Shown piece by piece: positions 28,812-38,881 of a stretch of 64,000 nt of DNA; position 1 is the first letter of the stretch; each line of letters begins with the position of its first letter. Where the stretch lies: assembly GCA_031411295.1 (NCBI GenBank), contig JANOAV010000040.1, forward strand, positions 1 to 64,000, written 5' to 3'. Position numbers and translations under genes: made by a program. The notes below the pieces were generated by a model. That model was not told the origin of the DNA. It worked only from the letters and a program-made list of their open reading frames with translations, and ran no database searches. The stretch is from Verrucomicrobiales bacterium (GTDB lineage Bacteria; Verrucomicrobiota; Verrucomicrobiia; Verrucomicrobiales; V1-33).

Positions 28812-31800
28812 TTAAATAGGAGGAAGTTGAGCTTGAGAAATAGAGACTACCAGACGTCTGATGGCATTGCTGCGGAGGAACAGTTCGTTGCTTGCGAGAG
28901 GGCTCAGGACAGAACCGCAAATGGTTTCGGTTTCGCTATTAAGCCATTCGATCTGAATGGAGGCTTCGTTCGCGAGGACGTAGCACACCGGCACTTGGCA
29001 GAGGGTAAAGGCTAGCGTATCGGCTGAGAGCGTCCAGTTGGCTTCTTCCCCGTTGAGCTTGATGGAACGGAATGCATGCGATTCCGTGAAGAATTCTGAA
29101 CGTTTGAGGAGAGTCGGCTGGAAATGGACTTGTCCATTTTGAACGATCACCCCGAGTTCGCCCAGACGCGTTAGGATCTCTTCTTTCACCTGCCCGGTCA
29201 TGCCTGGTTGTTGGGCTCCACGGTGGCCGGGAGAATGAGAATAGGGATCGGTGGGGAACGCGCCGTAGGTCCGCGCAGTCTTGGTGAATCCGAGGCCACG
29301 GCGGATTTGTTCGTAGGCATCCGCCAGTTCAGTTGCGTATTCTCCCCCTGTTTGGCAATAGATTTCCTGAGTGGCGAGGAGCAACTTCGCAACCATATGC
29401 CAATAAATGCTGCCCAAACCTTCGAATGCAAACATGGCTCCGCTGCGTCCCGTAAACGCCCGATGATGGAAAATCTCCTCCCATAGTTCGAGCAGTGCCG
29501 AGTGATCCTTCAGCAGCCCATCGCTCCATTGAGTCGAGGTCGCAAGGTGCTGCAGTTGCCGCTCCAGATCACGTTGGTTGGTGAGGTCCGCGTTGAAATG
29601 CAACTCCCCCATTTCGTCCTGCACCACGAGTGAGCGGTCTCCAGCTTGCATCAATTGCGCCAAGATGGGAGCTCTGGTTGGTGCATCGGCGGGGAGGATA
29701 TTCCGCTTAAGAAAGGGGGTGATGGTTCGATTGGGATACAACAGGTAACTGTCCTGATCCGCCCGATAGAGATCGCTCTGACGCATGGCCCGCAAGACTT
29801 GGAGCGCTTCTTGCGCAGTGAGGCGGCCGCTACTGAGGGCTGCAACTTGCCCCTCCAGCATAAGATCGAGTCGGTGGACTTTGGCGGAGCCCTGGCCGAA
29901 TTCGAGCACGTTGTAACTATGGAAGGTGCCGTCCGCTCTGCGATTGGCATCAATGGTCGCGTCCACTGCTCCCAAGGCGAGTTGCAGGAAACCTTGAATT
30001 TCCGCGCGCGAAATTTCTCCTGATCCGATGGGCTGACGCCGGTAAATCACATTCCGATGAACTTCTCCCGCTCGGCCGAAAGCCTCGGTTACTTGCCAGC
30101 GTTGAGCATCGTCCTGGACTGCGCTGGCTTGGGGCAATGATTCGCCAAGCGCTCGCAACAGTGCCATCACTGGCGCTGACATGGCAAAGGAGTCAGCCTT
30201 GGCCTCTGCTAGCAACTGCGTCAGGAAATTCAGATAACGCCGCAGGTAACACACCGTGACTACCGAGAGCCCCCAACCCGCCAGCGCGTTGTTGGCGTCA
30301 TTCCATTCGGGGCGCTGGGTGTTGAGCCAGATGCCGCCGCCGGGAACGAGATTGCTGAGTTTGACAAGTGCCGGCACTAGCAATTTCTCAGCAAGCGAGA
30401 CCAGCAACACTGCGCCATCCTCCTGGCTGCGGAGTTTGCCATCCCCGCCAAGCGTTTTGGCCCGCGCGAGTAATTGTTCGTGCAACGGTTCGTCAAATTT
30501 TATGGAGTGCCGAGGATCGTGCACCAAGGCATCGAAGCCGACGATCTCATAAGGCACTTGAGCGTAAACGTAGAGCCGATCATTGAGGCTTGAAGCCAGC
30601 TGCCCTGGCCAAAAGCGCTCATTTCCTTCCAGTAGTCGCAGGAGATAAATGATCTGATGATCGCCCCAATAGCCGATGTGGGACCAGGCGTCTCGGGGGT
30701 CCAACACCTCCCAATCAATGCCGTCCCGCGTAATGCGATACGGGTTATAGCCATCGGCAGTCGAAGCATTCAGGAAGACTGCGATCATCGATGGGAAACA
30801 AGCCGGGTAGCTGTAAGCCAGGCTTTCCCAATTCTGGAAAATGTCCCGCCAATTTCCTGAATAGCCTAGCAGCGGCTTGCCATTCGGATCCTTGGTGTGG
30901 ATGTCGAATCGATTCCATGGGCGACTGGGATCCCCATGACGACGACTGAAGGTAAGCGGCAGATATTCCCGCACCAAGCGAGTCAACTGCGCATCATTTA
31001 TGCTGGCTGCACTGGCCGCCAGAACCGCAAGAGTCGATCGCTCGGGCAATTCCTCCAGCCAACCTTGGTGGCGTTGCTGCACGGTCGTGTTCCGTGAATT
31101 TAGGTATTGGGCGAAATCACTCGCGGCAAAATGGTAGCCATCATAGAGCGTGCCGCCGCGCATGCAGTTGAACAACACGTTGGCAAAATGATGCACGCTG
31201 GCAGTGCGATCTGCAGTTTGCTGAAAGGCATCGGCCCCAGCGATGCGAGATTCTAGCGCACGAACCGTGGCGGCTAGATCCTGCTTCACGGCTTCGGTCA
31301 GCGTTGCGGGATCGTTCAATTGTTGCCGGAGTGTGACGACAGTCGCGTGATCCAAATCGCTATCCGTCACCAAAGTCCACTGGTGGGACGCTCCTGCCGC
31401 TAACTCAATTTGGGAAGCGAGGAGGTGCGCTCCAAACTCGCCACGCACCTCCCGCTCTGGGGAAATTTCCTTGCCTGCGCGAAAGGCTTCCACTTGTCGA
31501 TCCGACAACACCAGCACCGGGGCTTGATGTCCCAACGACCAAGCCACGCCTACGCGCAGGGACTCGCTGGGTTCCGCTCGATCTGAGATACCCGAGTTCA
31601 GCGTATAAATTCCCAGTCCGCAATCCGCCACCGCCTCATGTCGCATGTAAGCCGCGGCCAAGTAACTAAAGCGCGCATACGTTTCCTGACTAACTCCTGG
31701 CGGCAACATTCGGTGCCAACCGTCCAGCAACCGAATCCTTCGAGGATGCGTGCGGAGATTCTCCAGCACGCATGAGCGCACGAGGCCGAATTTCTCACTA

Positions 31801-32261
31801 GCTGCCATGCTCCAGATAAATTTCAGCCCGAGGCCGTGATGCGTTTCTTCAAAGCGCACGCTGGTTCCGGTCGCGTGCTTATAAAGATGGCGCGTGATGT
31901 CTGACATCGGCGTGAGCGCACTCCACGGCTCCCACAGCCCGCCTTCCACCTCCATCAAGGTCAGCGCGCCACTGGCTTTGGGTTGATCCAGAATCTTATC
32001 GACCGTCTGATATGGAAACATGGCCCGATCAGGATTGCGGTGCCCGGCGGTAAAGCCTGTGTTACTGCCAATGAAGAGCCACAGGTCGGAATCAGACACC
32101 ACCGTCATCAGGAACGGAGCCATGCGGTTCACATCGCGAATGCAAAGGTAGGGTTCGCCATCAATGATGACGTGTTCGTCCGTCACTTGGGGCTCAAGTG
32201 GCGCAGAGGCGGGTGCATGGCCGGCAATTTGCTGGCCGAGATTTTGGGTAGTTTGGTGCAA
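28812..32261 (-). CDS. GH149-like beta-1,3-glucan phosphorylase (1149 aa)
   Basis: PFLMTVVSDSDLWLFIGSN..TAG, LPLTFSRRHGDPSRPWNRF, GNWRDIFQNWE, STADGYNPYRI, WLNTQRPEWNDANNALAG, FEGLGSIYWHMVAKL, GAFPTDPYSH, QPGMTGQVKE; length fits GH149. TTG start uncertain. Confidence 0.8.
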   Translation of the reverse strand: MHQTTQNLGQQIAGHAPASAPLEPQVTDEHVIIDGEPYLCIRDVNRMAPFLMTVVSDSDLWLFIGSNTGFTAGHRNPDRAMFPYQTVDKILDQPKASGALTLMEVEGGLWEPWSALTPMSDITRHLYKHATGTSVRFEETHHGLGLKFIWSMAASEKFGLVRSCVLENLRTHPRRIRLLDGWHRMLPPGVSQETYARFSYLAAAYMRHEAVADCGLGIYTLNSGISDRAEPSESLRVGVAWSLGHQAPVLVLSDRQVEAFRAGKEISPEREVRGEFGAHLLASQIELAAGASHQWTLVTDSDLDHATVVTLRQQLNDPATLTEAVKQDLAATVRALESRIAGADAFQQTADRTASVHHFANVLFNCMRGGTLYDGYHFAASDFAQYLNSRNTTVQQRHQGWLEELPERSTLAVLAASAASINDAQLTRLVREYLPLTFSRRHGDPSRPWNRFDIHTKDPNGKPLLGYSGNWRDIFQNWESLAYSYPACFPSMIAVFLNASTADGYNPYRITRDGIDWEVLDPRDAWSHIGYWGDHQIIYLLRLLEGNERFWPGQLASSLNDRLYVYAQVPYEIVGFDALVHDPRHSIKFDEPLHEQLLARAKTLGGDGKLRSQEDGAVLLVSLAEKLLVPALVKLSNLVPGGGIWLNTQRPEWNDANNALAGWGLSVVTVCYLRRYLNFLTQLLAEAKADSFAMSAPVMALLRALGESLPQASAVQDDAQRWQVTEAFGRAGEVHRNVIYRRQPIGSGEISRAEIQGFLQLALGAVDATIDANRRADGTFHSYNVLEFGQGSAKVHRLDLMLEGQVAALSSGRLTAQEALQVLRAMRQSDLYRADQDSYLLYPNRTITPFLKRNILPADAPTRAPILAQLMQAGDRSLVVQDEMGELHFNADLTNQRDLERQLQHLATSTQWSDGLLKDHSALLELWEEIFHHRAFTGRSGAMFAFEGLGSIYWHMVAKLLLATQEIYCQTGGEYATELADAYEQIRRGLGFTKTARTYGAFPTDPYSHSPGHRGAQQPGMTGQVKEEILTRLGELGVIVQNGQVHFQPTLLKRSEFFTESHAFRSIKLNGEEANWTLSADTLAFTLCQVPVCYVLANEASIQIEWLNSETETICGSVLSPLASNELFLRSNAIRRLVVSISQAQLPPI

Positions 32262-32340
32262 GGAGTCAGTTTCCAGTAGGTGAATGTTGCCATGGATCGA
32301 AACCGAAGTTCAACAGGGTTGACCATTGTTTGGCAAGGAC

Positions 32341-32367
32341 AATTTGCACGAATTTGCATAATCTGCA
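32341..32367. promoter_or_regulatory. Triple AAT(T/C)TGCA direct repeat in a divergent promoter region (possible operator)
   Basis: AATTTGCA 32341-48, AATTTGCA 32351-58, AATCTGCA 32360-67. Confidence 0.35.
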
Positions 32368-32485
32368 AACGCTACCGCCGGGGCCAAATGCGCAGCTCAC
32401 CGGGATTGCGGGGAAATTGGCATTTATCCCAGATACGGGTTTGCCATCGTTTGGGCTCGCGGCATGAGTATAGGTTCTCGCCCCG

Positions 32486-33733
32486 ATGTTATCCCCGCTC
32501 GAAGCCACCGCTCAGATTTCTGCCATAGAACGCAAAACCTTCCGTTTGGAAAGATTGCGTTCGATTGCTGCGGGCATTACGGAAACGGCCAATGCGACGT
32601 TCTTTGGGGTTATCGCGATCAAGTATTTTCACTGCAGTCAGACCGTGAAAGGGGTGCTGCTGACCAACACCAGTATTGGCATGCTACTTTCGCCTGTGGT
32701 GTTGTGGTGGGCGGCCAAGCGTGGTTGGAACACCAGTCAGGGGATTGCGATTTTCTCCTTCTTTGCGGCCGTCGCCTGTTTGCTAGGATTGCCCGATCAG
32801 TTGAGTTTGTTTGTCATTGGCGGGATCCTGTCATACGCCGCCGCAGCCAGTGTTGCTCCGCTCTACATTTCGCTCTACGAGGGAAACTATCGCAGGGAGA
32901 CCCGTGGGAAATTGTTCGCAGCCAATTATTTTCTCCGCATTCTCAGTAACATCGGATTCGCGTTCGCAGCCGGGATCTTACTGGACCATCATCTGTCGTG
33001 GTATCCCATCATTTTGGTGTGCTATGCCTTGTGCTTCGCATTCTCTGGCATCGTCGTCTCGAAAATGCCCCAGGTGAGACTGGAGGCGCGTGGCGGAAGG
33101 AATCCGCTGACGGCCATGCGTCATGTGAAGGAAGATCGCGTTTTCCGCTGGACGCTGGTCAGTTGGATGCTTTTGGGATTTGCCAATTTGGCGATGTTTC
33201 CGCTCCGCACGGAGTATCTCGCGAACCCTCGTTATGGGATTGATCTTACCGCTTCCCAGGTCGCGCTCTACACTTCCGTGATTCCCAACATCGCGCGCCT
33301 GGTGTTCAACCCTATTTGGGGCCCGCTGTTCGATAAGATGAACTTCTTTAAATTGCGGATTATTCTAAATACCGGCTTCATGTTGGGATTCCTTTCCTTT
33401 TTCACCGGCACGGGCGTGTGGGGCTTGGTGATTGGAGCCATCCTCTTTGGGATCTCAAATGCCGGGGCGGATGTGGTCTGGAATCTATGGGTAACCAAGA
33501 TTGCCACCCCAGACAAGACGGCGGAATACATGGCAGTGCACAGTTTTCTCACGGGGGTGCGGGGCGTCATTGCGCCCATTTTCGCTTATCAATTAACCAA
33601 CTATATCGGCATCGGGTGGATTGCCAGCGGTTGTGCTGCGTTGGTCGTGATGGCCTCAGCTCTGCTGTGGCGCGAGCGGGGATCCTTCACGGCCAAAGAC
33701 CTGCCGGAAGAGTTACCGGCCGAAATCGACTGA
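32486..33733 (+). CDS. MFS transporter
   Basis: 415 aa with about 12 hydrophobic segments, RGKLFA loop, WGPLFDK motif. Confidence 0.8.
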   Translation: MLSPLEATAQISAIERKTFRLERLRSIAAGITETANATFFGVIAIKYFHCSQTVKGVLLTNTSIGMLLSPVVLWWAAKRGWNTSQGIAIFSFFAAVACLLGLPDQLSLFVIGGILSYAAAASVAPLYISLYEGNYRRETRGKLFAANYFLRILSNIGFAFAAGILLDHHLSWYPIILVCYALCFAFSGIVVSKMPQVRLEARGGRNPLTAMRHVKEDRVFRWTLVSWMLLGFANLAMFPLRTEYLANPRYGIDLTASQVALYTSVIPNIARLVFNPIWGPLFDKMNFFKLRIILNTGFMLGFLSFFTGTGVWGLVIGAILFGISNAGADVVWNLWVTKIATPDKTAEYMAVHSFLTGVRGVIAPIFAYQLTNYIGIGWIASGCAALVVMASALLWRERGSFTAKDLPEELPAEID

Positions 33734-33759
33734 ACTGCGGCCTGGGGGCCAGGCCCAAA

Positions 33760-34101
33760 CTACATCCGGTAAGTGATCCGGGCCTTGCTCAGGTCATAGG
33801 GAGACATTTCCATTTTGACGCGATCACCCACCACCAGACGGATGAAGCGTTTGCGCATCTTGCCGGAAATGTGGGCCAATACCTCGTGATTGGAACCATT
33901 GCCTAACTTGACGCGGAACATCGTGCCAGCCAAGACTGATGTGATGGTGCCGTCCACTTCGATGGCTCCCTCCGCATCCTCTGGTTCCTTGACGGGCGCG
34001 CGCTTGAAGGCCGGACGAGCCGCTCCACGATTAGCGTTGCCACGGTTAGGGCCGTGATTGCTTTTACCACGATTGTTATTAGGACGATTGACGGATGCCA
34101 T
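33760..34101 (-). CDS. infA: Translation initiation factor IF-1 with N-terminal low-complexity extension
   Basis: [62 protein letters not shown]. Confidence 0.95.
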   Translation of the reverse strand: MASVNRPNNNRGKSNHGPNRGNANRGAARPAFKRAPVKEPEDAEGAIEVDGTITSVLAGTMFRVKLGNGSNHEVLAHISGKMRKRFIRLVVGDRVKMEMSPYDLSKARITYRM

Positions 34102-34405
34102 GCAAGGAATGAGAAGACTGCTGAGAGACGTAAGTCCGCCGCCAGAGTGGCTAAAGTGGGATCCCAACACAGGGCCGGGTCACACGCGGAAGTGAGCAGG
34201 GCACATCTTTCCATCGTTCTCAGGGCAGACAAGCGAAATTATTGTGGCAAAAAACATGCCCAGGCGAGGGCGTTCGTCCGGTCGGCCAAGTCCTTCGGCC
34301 AGCGCAATCGGGGTGCAGGCAAAATGTGCGCTAGCTTTGGTCCGGGACTTGCGGTATGTTGAAAGTCGTGTTTCCTAGTTTTACCACCCCCCTCAAACTT
34401 AAGCC

Positions 34406-35980
34406 GTGAATCGACAATCCCAACGCGGTCAGAGTGCCGCCCCCGTCCTGGTCTTCCTTGGCATCGTTACGCTGAGCGTGATCTTTTTCTTCGTGTTTAC
34501 GCTGCCTCAATGCAACGGCAAGCAAACCACGGTGACCACGCTGCCGCAACCCGCTCCCATGGTGAGTCCCCCACCCCCACCACCTCCAGTAGTGGCCCCC
34601 GTGCCGACTCCGCCTACGGTGGTTACTCCCACTTCCACGAGGTCGCTCTATATGAAATCCAGCCAATTCCTCACGGCCTTAGCCGAGCGATTGAGGAGCG
34701 GTAAGGTAGAAGAAACCACGGAACTGATGGCCGCCACCGTGCCCCAAGCGAAACGGGATTTCTTTGAGAAAATGTTTACCACTGGGGGCTACATCCCAGT
34801 CGCAGGGAATCAACCGTGGCGGGAAATCGGGAAGATTAGTGGGCAGGAGCGCTGGATTTTACCATTAACAAAATCCCCCAAGAGCCCAGCAGCTCCTGTA
34901 GAAGGTGCCGCCAACCCTCCTCCCGACGCTCCCCCACCAACGGCACCGCCAGAACCGGGCCCACTGACCTCGCCCAGCGGCATCTCTTTAGCAATTGGCG
35001 ATCCTGCGTCCGCCCTCCCTGATTTGCCAAAGGTGGACGCCCCCAAACCGCCGGTGGCCGACCAACAGCATGCACCTGGCCCCCAGAGTCCGTCCACCAA
35101 AGCCTCCGAAAAAGCCCCGGAGCTGGCGGTCGATCTTAAATTGAGTCGGGATCGAGGTTTCGAGATTACCGGTTTGCACTTCTCGCCTGAGTTACTCGCA
35201 GCCGAGGGCGCTGCCACGGACCGCTCCCTGGCCAGCCCGCCCGATCCCCTCACCATTTCGCACGATTTCGTCAACGAGGTGCTGGGCAAAAATTTCCGGG
35301 GTGCCCGCTTGATCACCGATGGCACCAAAGTGACCCACGAGAAATTGGCAGGCTTGTGTATTGTCTTTGAAGAAGGCAACTATCAGATGGTTCCCGGCAG
35401 TTCTTTAAATGTGACCGCCGCCACGGAGCAACGGGCCTGGGCCTTGGTGCGCGTCAAAAGCCCGACCCAGAATGTCGAGAGCGAGTTCGGCGTGGAAATG
35501 GCCAAGCACGAGGGCACGAATGAATGGAAAGTAGATTCTTTGGATTTCAGTCGCATGTTACAGAACTACGTGCAGGCGACCGATGGCGGGAAAATTTACT
35601 ACTCGCCTATCGTCAAGAGTCCCAGCGGCGGAGAGTCCCTCGTGGTCTATTTTGAATATGACAAATCTGAACTCAACGCCCGCGGCATGCGGCAAATGGA
35701 GATTGTAGCGGATTTATTGAAGAGTGATCCCGCTCGTAAAATGCGCCTCAGCGGTTACACCGATGCGCTGGGAGCCGAAGACTATAACAATCGACTTTCC
35801 CAGAAACGTGCCGAAACCGTGCGGACCAAATTGGCGGAACTCGGCGTGGATCCAGCGCAGATTGTTTCCAAAGGCTATGGCTCGGACACGCCGCTGGACC
35901 CGAATCAGAAGGAAGATGGTAGCGATAATCCGGAAGGACGTTCCCGGAATCGACGCACCGAAATTTACCTCGACTTTTAG
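34406..35980 (+). CDS. Membrane-anchored Pro-rich protein with C-terminal OmpA-like peptidoglycan-binding domain
   Basis: N-terminal TM; VYFEYDKSEL, GYTDALG..YN.RLSQKRAETV, GRSRNRRTEI. Confidence 0.88.
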   Translation: MNRQSQRGQSAAPVLVFLGIVTLSVIFFFVFTLPQCNGKQTTVTTLPQPAPMVSPPPPPPPVVAPVPTPPTVVTPTSTRSLYMKSSQFLTALAERLRSGKVEETTELMAATVPQAKRDFFEKMFTTGGYIPVAGNQPWREIGKISGQERWILPLTKSPKSPAAPVEGAANPPPDAPPPTAPPEPGPLTSPSGISLAIGDPASALPDLPKVDAPKPPVADQQHAPGPQSPSTKASEKAPELAVDLKLSRDRGFEITGLHFSPELLAAEGAATDRSLASPPDPLTISHDFVNEVLGKNFRGARLITDGTKVTHEKLAGLCIVFEEGNYQMVPGSSLNVTAATEQRAWALVRVKSPTQNVESEFGVEMAKHEGTNEWKVDSLDFSRMLQNYVQATDGGKIYYSPIVKSPSGGESLVVYFEYDKSELNARGMRQMEIVADLLKSDPARKMRLSGYTDALGAEDYNNRLSQKRAETVRTKLAELGVDPAQIVSKGYGSDTPLDPNQKEDGSDNPEGRSRNRRTEIYLDF

Positions 35981-36002
35981 TCTGGGTGCTCTCCCTTAAA
36001 TC

Positions 36003-36509
36003 ATGTCTCGCTATTTCATCCTGCTGCTTTGTTTCCTGGGTCTTTCCTGCAGCCCCCAGAACGCCTTCGATCCCCGCACGGTGGAAACGGATGCTGGGGC
36101 CGCCGTGTTCCGTCAACTCATGGCAGATTGTCCCTACACCACCCCCGAGCGGCCCGTCTGCCTGACCATTGGCCCCGGGCAGACCGCCCTTTCCCCGGCG
36201 TTCAAAGATCGCTTTGCCGACCTGAAGGACCGCCTCCTGGCCCATAATCAAATTGCTGTGACGGTGCTCAGCGGCAAGGCACGCGTGCAACAAAAATCCA
36301 CCACGACGACCGCCGGCCCATTAGTGCTGTTGTTGCAGGTGTCGGAAATGAAATCTACGGGCGGCGGCTATGAAGCCATCGCAGCATGGGCCTTCAAGGA
36401 CGATATGATGCGGCGGAAATACCTCGTCACGCCAGAGGCCGACGGCAAATTCAAGGTGACCGCAGGAGACATTATCGAGGAAAAGAAAGCCGAGAAGTCT
36501 GCGGAATAA
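36003..36509 (+). CDS. Hypothetical lipoprotein
   Basis: MSRYFILLLCFLGLSC lipobox-like signal; 22 bp after the OmpA-domain gene. Confidence 0.7.
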   Translation: MSRYFILLLCFLGLSCSPQNAFDPRTVETDAGAAVFRQLMADCPYTTPERPVCLTIGPGQTALSPAFKDRFADLKDRLLAHNQIAVTVLSGKARVQQKSTTTTAGPLVLLLQVSEMKSTGGGYEAIAAWAFKDDMMRRKYLVTPEADGKFKVTAGDIIEEKKAEKSAE

Positions 36510-36517
36510 GGCACTGC

Positions 36518-37489
36518 CTAGAAATCCCGGGTGTGGAAGCGCCAGAAGGCCAGCAGCAACACCACCAGCTCAAAGATCACTCCAGAAGTAATCGTCGCGC
36601 GGACCGATGGCACCGGCGGATCTGGGAGCAACTCCATTTCCTTCATAGACTTATTCTGAATCAAGGACTGCCCGATGATCTGGGTGAAACTGTAAGGCGC
36701 ATCGGCTTTGATCACATGGGAAAAGAGTTCCCCGGTTTGTCTCGTCCTCGGCAGCACCGTCATCACTTGGGCGGCCAGATGATGGACCTGCTGAATCCTG
36801 CCAGAAAGTGTCTTTATTTCTTCATTGGGTAATGCCGTCGATGCCGCAAAAATTTGTCTTCCTGTCTCGAATTCCGTTTTCTGCACCGCCCAGAGCAAAA
36901 ACCAGAAAAGCACGCTCCACAACAAAGCCGCCATACTGCTGCGCGTCAGAATCCCCACCAGCGTGGTGAAGCAAAAAACAAAACTGAAAATCAGCGCCAC
37001 CAACCCCACGCTCCAGAAGATACCCCAGTAAACGGTGTGCAAGCGCCACCAGAGACTCAGGAAACAGATCGTCACCAGCACCGTCGTCTGCACCGCCACG
37101 AAACCCAGCGCGGCCAAATATTTCCCCAGAAACAATTTTCCCCGACCCAGCGGCTTGGACAGCAGGAGGTCGATCGCGCCTGGCTTCATGGCGTCAGGGA
37201 AAATCGTGGCCGCGGCAAACAAGGCCAACAGCGAGGCCCACGACATGCACCAATTATCCAGCAAGGCATGCAACGTGTTCAACAGCAGCGACTTTTCCCA
37301 ATCCGTGCCAGCCCGGAGGAAGCTGCTTTCAAATTTCACCGCCCCAAACAGCACCGACCATCCTTCCGCATGGCAACCCAGCGAGGCAAACAGCACGCCC
37401 AAGGCCAGTGAGATACAGAGAATGACCCAGAACAGCCCCCGGGATTGCAGGCTGCGGTAGGTGTCGGATATAATGGCCCAGAGTTGCAT
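36518..37489 (-). CDS. ABC-2 type transporter permease
   Basis: GAIDLLLSKPLGRGKLFLGKY, multiple TMs, C-terminal FHTRDF; follows the ATPase gene. Confidence 0.88.
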   Translation of the reverse strand: MQLWAIISDTYRSLQSRGLFWVILCISLALGVLFASLGCHAEGWSVLFGAVKFESSFLRAGTDWEKSLLLNTLHALLDNWCMSWASLLALFAAATIFPDAMKPGAIDLLLSKPLGRGKLFLGKYLAALGFVAVQTTVLVTICFLSLWWRLHTVYWGIFWSVGLVALIFSFVFCFTTLVGILTRSSMAALLWSVLFWFLLWAVQKTEFETGRQIFAASTALPNEEIKTLSGRIQQVHHLAAQVMTVLPRTRQTGELFSHVIKADAPYSFTQIIGQSLIQNKSMKEMELLPDPPVPSVRATITSGVIFELVVLLLAFWRFHTRDF

Positions 37490-37499
37490 GATCAAGAAA

Positions 37500-38477
37500 T
37501 TAGCGGAGCGGCACGGCTTCAGGTTGCACCGACGGCACCAATGGCTTGCCATTCGTCAGCACAGTATCCATGAACAGTTCCTCCAGCGTTTGGTGCACTG
37601 GCGTAATGCTAACAATCGTGATCCCAGAGCGCCTGATCTCATCAATCACGGGTTGGACCACTTGCGAACGACTCGTGGGAATCGCCACCAGCGTCTGCTG
37701 GCCATCCGGGGTCAGCGCCAGCGTGCCCCCCAGAGATCGCACCAGACTCACCAATAATTCCCGACCAAATACATCGGTCTCCACCACCATTTCATAACGG
37801 GAAGCATGCCGCGTCAGTTCTTTCAGCGGCCCTTGACGCACCACCCGCCCTTCATGCAGGATCGCCACCCGGTCACAGATCATTTCCAACTCTGCCAGCA
37901 AATGACTGTTTACAAAAATCGTCTTCCCACGCTCCCGCAGCGCGAAGATAAGATTACGAATATCCCGCCGCCCCAGCGGATCCACTCCATCCGTGGGTTC
38001 ATCCAGAAAAATCAACTCCGGGTCATTCATCAGCGCCTGCGCCAGCCCGATCCGTTGTTTCATGCCCTTGCTGAAATTTGCCAGCGGCTCCTTATACCAG
38101 CGTTCCATCCCCACCGTGGCCAGTAATTCGGGAATCCGCACCCGTCGCACCGATGCCGGAACTCCCGTCAGCCGACCAGAAAAATTCAGCAAATCCACCG
38201 GTGTCAGGTGCTTGGCATACAGGACATGTTCTGGCAGATAGCCAATCTTCTGCAACGTCGGAATATGACCAATCGGCCGCCCCAGCATCAGCCCCTCACA
38301 CCGCGTCGGGCGCACCAGACGCAAGAGCGTCTTCACCAGCGTGCTCTTCCCCGCCCCATTCGGCCCCAAGAGCCCGAAAATCTCCCCGCGCCCCACCTGC
38401 ATGTTGAGCCCCGCCAGCGCCTTCACGCCGTTACGATAAGTCTTGGAGATGTTCTGCAGGTCGATGGCGAGATCCAT
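37500..38477 (-). CDS. ABC transporter ATP-binding protein
   Basis: GPNGAGKST, FSKGMKQR, FLDEPTDGVDP, NSHLL. Confidence 0.95.
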   Translation of the reverse strand: MDLAIDLQNISKTYRNGVKALAGLNMQVGRGEIFGLLGPNGAGKSTLVKTLLRLVRPTRCEGLMLGRPIGHIPTLQKIGYLPEHVLYAKHLTPVDLLNFSGRLTGVPASVRRVRIPELLATVGMERWYKEPLANFSKGMKQRIGLAQALMNDPELIFLDEPTDGVDPLGRRDIRNLIFALRERGKTIFVNSHLLAELEMICDRVAILHEGRVVRQGPLKELTRHASRYEMVVETDVFGRELLVSLVRSLGGTLALTPDGQQTLVAIPTSRSQVVQPVIDEIRRSGITIVSITPVHQTLEELFMDTVLTNGKPLVPSVQPEAVPLR

Positions 38478-38881
38478 GGGGGCAACGATAATTCACCGAG
38501 TAGATAGGAACTGCCGGAAATTGCCAGCACTTTTTTGCTTCGAGCTGGCACGGGGGCACGACAAAGAAAGTTAAGACCCCCACGAAGGATTCTCCATGGC
38601 TTGATCGGAGGTGTCTAGGATTGTAGAAATCCCGTTCCATTCCACAACTCCGGAAAGGGCCCAACCAGAAAAAGCTTGGCAACGCGAACAGGCAGAACTA
38701 TGCTCATAAAACTAAAAATCCACCGTGAACCGCACCGTCTTCCGATGCAGAACACCACAATTCACCCCGCGAGGCAGCGAAACACATCTGATTCCTCCTT
38801 TACCTTCATAATTCATCCTCCGCACATCTCTATCACCATTCCGATCCCCCGTCCAACGTTCCCCAAAGAAAGCAAATTCCT

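Noticed and set aside
32331..32348. Sigma54 promoter (TGGCA...TTGCA)
   Set aside because: The GG-to-GC spacing is 12 nt, not the required 10.
38480..38880. Long intergenic region as a riboswitch or small gene
   Set aside because: No convincing conserved motif, repeat or ORF; probably divergent promoters.
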